A stretch of 17,531 nt of DNA from Leptospirales bacterium (lineage in GTDB: Bacteria; Spirochaetota; Leptospiria; Turneriellales; JAOUFE01), in assembly GCA_040326155.1 (NCBI GenBank), contig JBEQLE010000083.1, positions 1 through 17,531 of the forward strand, written 5' to 3'. Every line of letters begins with the position of its first letter. Within the stretch, counting starts at the first letter, position 1. Position numbers and translations under genes: made by a program. Below the pieces are notes generated by a model, which had not been told where the DNA came from, did no database searches, and saw only the letters and a program-made list of their open reading frames with translations. Below are positions 8,138 to 15,500 of this stretch, piece after piece.

Positions 8138-8719
8138 ATGATGCACAAATTTAAGTTAAAATATTTATTTATTATTGTATTACTTTTCGGCAAATCAATT
8201 GCGTCAAGTGAATCCATAAGATGTGATGGTTCCTTAATCGGTGTTGGAGATTTGCGAATTAAAGTAGAAGCTAAATGCGGAGAACCTGATGACAAGATCG
8301 AGTATACAAAATTTACAATAGTACACAATAAGTATCTTAAAAGACCATCTTTAAAAAATGATTGGATGGATAAGTATATTGTTCAGTATAAGAATGAAGA
8401 AGCGTATAAGGAAGAGTTGGAAAAATTCAAAGAACCAGATCATTCCCATGATTCATTAATCGATGATTTAGACGGTTCCCCTCATGTCATAAAGAAAAAT
8501 AAAAAAATAAAACATGAAAAAAAATCTTCATTGCAGGAGTCCGATCTTGCCTTGAACAACAAAAGCAATTATACAATTGTCTGGACATGCACCTTAATTA
8601 AGGATGAATACGAAGAGTGGGTATATAATATGGGGCCGACCCAATTTATGAGAGTCGTCACATTTGCTCACGGTAGAGTTATAAACGTTGAAACAACTGA
8701 GTATGGCTTCGAAAAATAA
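8138..8719 (+). CDS. DUF2845-like exported protein with a long charged insertion
   Basis: Signal peptide. IRCDGSLIGVGD..KVEAKCGEP and EEWVYNMGPTQFMRVVTFAHGRVINVE are the two conserved halves of DUF2845. Confidence 0.8.
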   Translation: MMHKFKLKYLFIIVLLFGKSIASSESIRCDGSLIGVGDLRIKVEAKCGEPDDKIEYTKFTIVHNKYLKRPSLKNDWMDKYIVQYKNEEAYKEELEKFKEPDHSHDSLIDDLDGSPHVIKKNKKIKHEKKSSLQESDLALNNKSNYTIVWTCTLIKDEYEEWVYNMGPTQFMRVVTFAHGRVINVETTEYGFEK

Positions 8720-8734
8720 AAAATCTATACATCT

Positions 8735-8768
8735 AATGCACGGGTGGATCTAGATCCTCCCGTGCATT
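8735..8768. terminator. 34-bp near-perfect palindrome between convergent genes (bidirectional terminator or REP-like)
   Basis: AATGCACGGG-T-GGATCTAGATCC-T-CCCGTGCATT has a single T/T mismatch. No U-tract on either strand. Confidence 0.6.
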
Positions 8769-8781
8769 CAGACATTATCCG

Positions 8782-10608
8782 TTATATAGTCTTTAGATAC
8801 TCAATGATAGCCCAGCGCTCTGCTTCGGTGAGTTTGGGACCAATGACGCCTTTTTTGTTGCCGTCATTAAATTCATGCCCGGTATTGTAGTTTCCTTTGA
8901 TATTCGTTTTATATTCGAAAGAGCCGGAAACTTTTTCAGTGACATAACCAACTTTCTTGGGATCAAAAACCATGGAGCCGGAGTAATACGTATTGGGTCG
9001 CTCACTCACGGGGGAGAGCAAATCGTAAAGAGTGGGTACCGAACCGTTGTGTAAAAACGGAGGCGTTGCCCACACCCCATTCAGTGGTCTGGTTCGATAT
9101 GAACTTTCTGCTCTCAGGCAGTTTGGCGAATAAGCTGAATAAAGATCGCGCTTGGCCTGTGAAAAATTTTGTTCGTCAAACCATTTATTGACGGTCAACT
9201 CAACCCCTAGACCAAGAGAAAGGGCAAACAACGCTTTCTTTTTGCCTTTATACTTAACCTTTGTGCATGAGTATTTATAGTTTATACTCGCGTCCGTGGT
9301 GCAAAGGCAGATTTTTGCATCCGGCAATAGACCATCAGACGTATCAACAGTTCGCGTAGGCAGTATTCCGGCCTGTCCCCCGTCGGTGCCAATGACACTA
9401 AGTGGAATCATAGGGTTTCTATAAAACTTGTACTTTTCGTGTCCCTTCGTCGTTTCCCAGTTGGGGGACGCGGCAAACTCTGGCGAACCCACAGGGTACC
9501 CATGGCAACTGCGGCAATGCTCCTCATAAAGCACTCCACCCTGTGTCGCCAGTTTTTGATCTATTGCGGGGAAGATCTCTTCAGGCCATTTTGGCGCTCG
9601 TAATCCTTTGTATTTTTTCAGATTCATTGGCGGTGCGTCTCCCGCAAGCATCATCTCAATGTCATGAATATTTTGAAATTTAACGGCTGAAGTATACTTA
9701 GTGCTGTCATGCGCAGTGAGGTTCACGGGAGCCATTACACCCAGGGCCTCCCCGGTGTTTCGAACCATAACCTGCATAACAGACCCGTCGTACTGAACCC
9801 ACCGAAACCACGACGAAGTCCATATCATGGGGTAACTTACAGGGGCAGTTAACCCGGCGTTGTTTTGCGGTCGTCTTGCATCGGTTCCGAAAACCTGGTT
9901 TCCAATAAGGTTCAATGCGTCGACTCTACCAAACCCGTTTTTAATGGTCTCGGGGTGTTTTATCGCATTTTCAATAGCAAATTTTGTAAAGAATTTGATT
10001 TTTGCAAGCAACTCTTTTCGCAGTTTTTTGCGGTTTTCTTTCGTGTTTTCTTCTCGAAGTACCCTCTCGGCAAATCTTTCAAAGCGCCACGGTATGGAAT
10101 CGGCAGCGACCATTGCTTCTACGATACCCAGGATTAATGTCACGATATTCGCGTTTGTAGAACCTCCCTCCACTCGAACAGCAACATTATTATAAATAAG
10201 TTGGCTGGTATGGCAGGCAGCGCAGGTATATCCGAGAGCATTGTATTTTTCTCCGGTAGTTGGGTCCTCAAAATCATAGTCGATTGCAAACCCGATTGGT
10301 AAGCCAAGCGGATTATACTCATTACGCTCCATTCCAAAAAATCCGTATCCCGCCAAAAAGTTTGGATCGGAGATCATTCCGGGACGCCCGATGATTTCGA
10401 TTCCAGGTTGTTCAAGTGCCATGAACCAGTCGACAGGTACGCTTAATGTTTTCGTCCCTTGTGTGGTAAAATGATACCAGTTCCTTTGTGTTTCATTCCA
10501 CCCCTGGTCCAGATAAGCAATGCGCTGAACTTCGGGCGCTTTCAGTTTGCTGCATGCCGACAATCCGACGCTGAGCAAGATGAGACTTAATAAAATTTTA
10601 ATTTTCAT
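8782..10608 (-). CDS. RoxA-like di-heme cytochrome c (bacterial cytochrome c peroxidase/MauG superfamily) lipoprotein
   Basis: CAACH (10224..10210), CRSCH (9516..9502), YRTRPLNGVWATPPFLHNGSVPTL and NTGHEF...LIEYLKT-type C-terminus. Start moved from 10719 to ATG 10608 because it has an AAGGAAGGA SD, a lipobox (MKIKILLSLILLSVGLSA-C) and a promoter at 10677..10650. Confidence 0.88.
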   Translation of the reverse strand: MKIKILLSLILLSVGLSACSKLKAPEVQRIAYLDQGWNETQRNWYHFTTQGTKTLSVPVDWFMALEQPGIEIIGRPGMISDPNFLAGYGFFGMERNEYNPLGLPIGFAIDYDFEDPTTGEKYNALGYTCAACHTSQLIYNNVAVRVEGGSTNANIVTLILGIVEAMVAADSIPWRFERFAERVLREENTKENRKKLRKELLAKIKFFTKFAIENAIKHPETIKNGFGRVDALNLIGNQVFGTDARRPQNNAGLTAPVSYPMIWTSSWFRWVQYDGSVMQVMVRNTGEALGVMAPVNLTAHDSTKYTSAVKFQNIHDIEMMLAGDAPPMNLKKYKGLRAPKWPEEIFPAIDQKLATQGGVLYEEHCRSCHGYPVGSPEFAASPNWETTKGHEKYKFYRNPMIPLSVIGTDGGQAGILPTRTVDTSDGLLPDAKICLCTTDASINYKYSCTKVKYKGKKKALFALSLGLGVELTVNKWFDEQNFSQAKRDLYSAYSPNCLRAESSYRTRPLNGVWATPPFLHNGSVPTLYDLLSPVSERPNTYYSGSMVFDPKKVGYVTEKVSGSFEYKTNIKGNYNTGHEFNDGNKKGVIGPKLTEAERWAIIEYLKTI

Positions 10609-10649
10609 ATTCCTTCCTTTCTCTGATTTTATATACTTATTCAGCCACC

Positions 10650-10677
10650 ACGATAAGACAAAAACCAGAGATGTCAA
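10650..10677 (-). promoter_or_regulatory. sigma70-type promoter for the di-heme cytochrome gene
   Basis: TTGACA (10677..10672), 16-nt spacer, TATCGT (10655..10650). Confidence 0.5.
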
Positions 10678-10851
10678 ATTCATTTTAACCAAAATGATTA
10701 TATTTGTTATATTATTCAAAAACCTGGTTTTACTTCCCGTACTTTTAACTCCGTGCGGATAGGCGGTTGATAGAGCTTGAATCTAAGGAAAAAGTTTTTG
10801 CAAAGTTATTAAATCCTTTACAATTACAATATTGTAGTAAAATCGTGCTAT

Positions 10852-11301
10852 ATGAAAATCTCAAGTTTTGTAACTTTTATTTGCCTGTTTGCAGCATTCC
10901 CGGTTCTCTCTCAAGAGAATTTTGTTACTGTAGACTTTATTCAAAATGTTTTTGTACGCCCCGATAAATATATTGGAAAATATATTAAACTTACAGCTAA
11001 AAATGTTGATTATGAATCGCTGGAATACATTTCTCGATTTACAGACGAGAAGAATAAGAAGGTTGACCAAAAAAAATTTGGTAAAGATATCAGTCTTCTT
11101 TCTTTTTATATAAGTAATGGTGCCTACTCTTTTTCAAACACATTGTATGTAAGTATGATTATTCGAAAAAAACAGGAAGAGATCGTGGATAATTCGATCA
11201 TAGAGAAAAAACCATTTGAAATTAACAAAGCGATTATAATTGGTAAATACGAAAGCAGTTACATGAATACCAAACATATACTGGTAGAGTGGTTAGAATA
11301 A
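10852..11301 (+). CDS. Exported hypothetical protein, possibly OB-fold
   Basis: Signal peptide (MKISSFVTFICLFAAFPVLS). The segment PDKYIGKYIKLT resembles the start of extracytoplasmic OB-fold domains; this is a weak inference. Confidence 0.7.
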   Translation: MKISSFVTFICLFAAFPVLSQENFVTVDFIQNVFVRPDKYIGKYIKLTAKNVDYESLEYISRFTDEKNKKVDQKKFGKDISLLSFYISNGAYSFSNTLYVSMIIRKKQEEIVDNSIIEKKPFEINKAIIIGKYESSYMNTKHILVEWLE

Positions 11302-11345
11302 GGTTCTATTCAAGATTGAGATAAAGGAATATCCTGAAGTTTATA

Positions 11346-11416
11346 GAGGCAAAGTATCGTCAAGTTACAGGGTCTGCCGGATTTTCATACGAAAACCCGA
11401 CGACAGAACTCGCTTC
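11346..11416 (+). ncRNA. Truncated/degenerate c-di-GMP-I (GEMM)-like RNA motif
   Basis: GGCAAA ... CGTCAAG TT-ACAGGGTCTGC-[CGGATTTTC-ATAC-GAAAACCCG]-ACGACAG-AACT resembles the receptor arm of GEMM-I. The GNRA-capped first hairpin is missing. Confidence 0.4.
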
Positions 11417-11468
11417 ATCGTATTACATTCATTACAGTCGATTTTTCAAACCTGTTCGGCGCAAAAAT

Positions 11469-12065
11469 CTATGTTGTTTTTTTCATTATTACGAATAATG
11501 CTTTTGGCAAAGTTTCTCTTGTTCCCTGGTAAAAAGTGTCCTTAATCATGTTCACTGAAAAATATTTATCAAACACTTTGTGGATTGTTTTTGCTGACGA
11601 AAGAAAAGGACCTTTTCCAATGTCTGGCTCTTTATCGCTGAAACACTTTAGAAACAACAAACCGCCGTCTTTGAGTAAACCTGTTACAGCTTTTACATAC
11701 TCGCGTCGTCGCTTTTTGCTCATTACATGGTAGCATCCACGATCGAAAATATAATCGAACTTCTTTTTGATACCGGAATTCAATATATCGTCCCGAATAA
11801 ATTCCACTTTGTCACTCAATCCCGAGGCTTTTTTTATCGCATACTCAGATATATCGGCTCCCGTTACCGAAAATCCTTTCTTGGATAACTCAAGCGCCTG
11901 TGTTCCTGGCCCTGTCCCTAAATCAAGAAAAGCTCCTGAATGAATGCCAAGTCTGCTCAATGCAAAATCTAAATCAGGATCAAGGTTTGGGTAATACCAA
12001 CCTAATTCTTCTACCGGGTTTTCACTATATGTGCTTTCCCAGTCAAACTCTCGTTCTTTTTTCAT
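11469..12065 (-). CDS. Class I SAM-dependent methyltransferase (TPMT/TehB-like small-molecule type)
   Basis: Motif I FLDLGTGPG, followed by VTGADIS and FDYIFDRGCYH...LLKDGGLLFL. AAAGGTAG SD upstream. Confidence 0.92.
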   Translation of the reverse strand: MKKEREFDWESTYSENPVEELGWYYPNLDPDLDFALSRLGIHSGAFLDLGTGPGTQALELSKKGFSVTGADISEYAIKKASGLSDKVEFIRDDILNSGIKKKFDYIFDRGCYHVMSKKRRREYVKAVTGLLKDGGLLFLKCFSDKEPDIGKGPFLSSAKTIHKVFDKYFSVNMIKDTFYQGTRETLPKALFVIMKKTT

Positions 12066-12146
12066 AATTATCTACCTTTTTTAATGAACTACTATCATAA
12101 TATAAATTTCAGTGCCCAACCGTCTACAAAAAAAAATATTTTTTAA

Positions 12147-12228
12147 GGGGGCTTAGCGCGCCCCTAGTTTCATAAGTTTTTATTTTTGAAAAAATAAAAA
12201 CGTTATTACACTACCCCACGCATATTTT
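12147..12228 (-). repeat. Dispersed structured intergenic element, copy 2
   Basis: Same 19-bp and 18-bp end blocks as 1268-1340. The internal hairpin is replaced by the AT-rich stem ataa-gtttttattttt / aaaaataaaaac-g-ttat. Confidence 0.85.
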
Positions 12229-12254
12229 CGTTCTACAAAAGAGTAATTTTGTTC

Positions 12255-12396
12255 AAAATCAGGTAAATAGACCTGGCTGTTTTATTTTCAAAGAATAATA
12301 CCCACAGTGTAGTGCGGTCGCATTCCGCACGAAGAACCTGTCTCGGTATTCCCTTTACAATACCGGAAATTCCCCGATCTGCCCGGGCCTGATTTT
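12255..12396 (-). ncRNA. Candidate multi-helix structured RNA upstream of the methyltransferase
   Basis: Perfect 9-bp closing helix (12255-12263/12388-12396) enclosing hairpins 12344-12350/12359-12365, 12312-12317/12325-12330 and 12277-12286/12294-12307. Confidence 0.4.
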
Positions 12397-12471
12397 CCTG
12401 AGATTTTTTTAAATTCATACAGAGGATAGAAAGAGTGACGAAATACAGTATTAAATCTTTGTATAAATGTA

Positions 12472-12500
12472 TTGACATAAGGTAAAAATTTAAATAGTTT
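12472..12500 (+). promoter_or_regulatory. sigma70-type promoter for the large lipoprotein gene
   Basis: TTGACA (12472-12477), 17-nt spacer, TAGTTT (12495-12500), 46 nt before the ATG. Confidence 0.6.
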
Positions 12501-12546
12501 GTGATTAACTCTACCGATTATTCCATTTTATCTAAGCAGACAAACA

Positions 12547-15500
12547 ATGAAAGGCCAAAAATCATTATTTTATTTATTATCAATTTTTATTTGTCTAACA
12601 ATTGCCGGTATTCAATGTTCGGCTGTGAATAAAATTACAACTATATTCAAAGGCGACGGTTCTCTTATTTTCAGTGAAACTGAGCTCGATATAGCAGAAG
12701 GCGCTCTTGCCGGAAATTTTAATATTACGCTTGCGGCAAAACCCACGCATGATGTCTCTGTTTCGCTTGCGGTTTCTGACGATACAGAAATTATTATTTC
12801 ACCTGAAAATATTACTTTTACTTCTGATGATTACGATATTCCGCGCGTGATCGTTGTATATGGCATCGCCGATTGTACAACCGACGGCGACCAGAACTCG
12901 ATAATAAGCGTAACCGAAGTCACAAGTAAAGATACGAGGTTTCGCTCTTCTTCGAACTCCTATTTGCTGGTGAATGAAGTCGATGTAACGATTCGCGATA
13001 ACGCACTAAACGTTCCGGAACTATTGATTCTTTCAGATAAAACGACTCTCGAAACTTCAGAAAGTGGTGCTAACGATAAATTTCTGGTTTCGCTGAGTTG
13101 CGCCCCGAGCGCCAATGTTACAGTGAACCTTGCTTCCTCAAACCTTGCCGAAGGAATTTTAGATACCGCAACGGTAAATCTTGATGCTGACAATTACGCT
13201 ACCGGACAACTTGTGACCGTAACCGGTCAGTCAGATTGTACTTTAGAGCCGGACCAAAACTATTCTATAACCGCAAATATTGTTTTAGCCGGTTTGACCG
13301 ACCCCGTGACCGACCTGGTTTTTAGTGGTTTAAACGACTCCATTAACGTAACAAATGCAAATGTCGAAATGACGAAGCAGTTGATGATCTCATCTGCCGG
13401 CGCTCAGATGAATCGTGGTACCGGTTCTTTTAATAATTTTCAGGTAAAGCTCAGTTGCGATCCCGGGGCCGATTTTGACATGACCGTGGTTGTAAATAAC
13501 TTAGGTAGTTATACTTTGCACTCACCCTCACCGAGTCCCCATACATTTTTAACCGCCGATTGGGCTACTCCAGTTGATATTATAACCGAAGTAACTTCAG
13601 ATTTGGACGGGGCTTATTCCATAACTTTGACTCCTTTGGATGGGAGTTACCCGGCAGAGACGGTGTATTTTACAGACTCGCCTACGAAACGAATTACGAT
13701 AACCACCGCAGGTTTGGCTGCCGGTGAATCTTATGAAATACAAAATTTTACCGACAAAAAAGATATTGGTTCTGACGGAGCTTCTATATGGTGGGCGGTT
13801 AATGGCGATCCGTATGCTTTTAAAATATCGCGGCAGCCGATCGGGCAGGTTTGCGGAATAAAAGAAAAGCAAGACGGTACGGTAGTGGCAGTGATGAGCC
13901 TTACTATAAACTGCGCAAGCGGGTACCCCACATCGCAGAATGTCATCGATATTGCACAGGGGCCGTTGGATTACAGGTTGTACCAGGGCAAAGTAACGGA
14001 CGCCATTATTAGTTGGGGAGCGGTGGCTCCCGCAAGTCTTTCTAATCCCGCAGGTTTGGTTTATTTGCAAGGAGATATTAAAGTCATAACAGATACGTCT
14101 AATGGCCGTTTACTTAAGTTAGATGCCGCCGGCACAATGAGTGAATTAATTGCCGCGGGCACATTGGTTAACGGCATAGCGCTAAGCGCTCCACGGCATC
14201 CGGTAACCGATGGTGTAAATTTGTATTTCTCAGATAACGGTAACTCTCGCGTGTTAAAAGTAGATATGTCCGGAAACTTTTTAGCCGAATATAGTGCAGG
14301 TTCTATTTCCGGGCTCGCCATTGATGTGGCGAATCAGATTCTGTATATGGCGGTGCGTAACGCCTCGGGCACCATCAAACGACTTGACCTTCCGACCGGT
14401 ATTTTTCTAGCCGATATTATCGACGCTAAACTTACCAATAACGAAGATCTGGTGTTGCTCAACGGAGATCTCTACGTTACAGTTATCGGGCATGATACGA
14501 TCGTAAAGGTAACAGACCCGGGCGCAGCCAGTGAATCCATAGACGTATTTGCCGGAATCGTCGATACGGCCGGTTTTCAAGACGGTGACTTGCTCAAGGC
14601 AAAATTCACCACTCCGCACGGCATTACAACAGATGGAACCGACCTATACGTTACCGACAGTGGGAACCATCGAATAAGAAAAATTGATTTGAGTAAAAAC
14701 ATCGTAACAACAATTGCCGGAGCTGGCGCAGGCAGTGCTACGGGCGTTGGAGTCGCAGCAAGGTTTATCAACCCTTTGGCGGTCGTTTCCGATGGACGAA
14801 ATTTCTATATAGCTGATCTCAATTCCGTCTACAAAATCACCGACAACGGTCTGGTGGGTTACTGGCCCTTGGGCTCTGCCCAACCGGGGGTAACTGTTAA
14901 TGCGAATGATTACAATAGCGATAATGCGACTCAAAATACGGGAACATTGGGCGCTATTCCGGGCGTAGCAGATGCGGCAGATCCATCTTTTGTGGCAAAC
15001 TCGGGGCGATACGGAACCGATGGTGCTTTTAGCTTTGACGGTGGCGATTATATTAGTGCAACCGATACAAATTTACCCATGGGAACAGCGCCAAGAACAA
15101 TGTGCGCATGGGCGAAGCCAACCTCCTATCCGGGATTGAATACGCATTTCGTTATCGCCCACTATGGTGGTGGTGCTGTTAATGAGGAATTTAACATTGG
15201 GATATCTAATATTGGGCAACTTAAACCTGGGTCATCTCCACCTGTTTATGATATAGATAATCAAACGGTAAGTTTTATTGCTGTAGATAGCACATTGGTC
15301 AGACCATCAGGAGCGTTAGATTATTTTGTGCCGTCTAAAATTCCATTGAATAAATGGTCTCATATTTGCGCCACTTACAATGGTTCTGAAATTACACTTT
15401 TGGTGAATGGAAAACAAATTGGTACGGCGACTAGAGGTATATCAACTACACCGAGCAACTTTTCAATTGGCGCTCGTGGTGTGGCACATAAATTCGAGGG

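Noticed and set aside
10609..10719. N-terminal extension of the di-heme ORF given in the ORF track
   Set aside because: The SD, lipobox and promoter all support ATG 10608.
10641..10770. Nested inverted repeats and a ykkC/guanidine-I-like 3' fragment (GCACGGAGTTAAAAGTACGGGAAG on the minus strand)
   Set aside because: The 5' half of the riboswitch consensus is absent, strand preference is ambiguous, and the predicted promoter lies inside the structure.
12312..12330. THF-riboswitch-like 3' sequence TGCGGTCGCATTCCGC on the plus strand
   Set aside because: The upstream THF elements (GAGUAG...GUUAAGUG) are missing and no folate gene follows.
12233..12478. 81-aa minus-strand ORF
   Set aside because: No recognisable motif or SD. 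It overlaps the structured element and the adhesin promoter, so a non-coding interpretation fits better.
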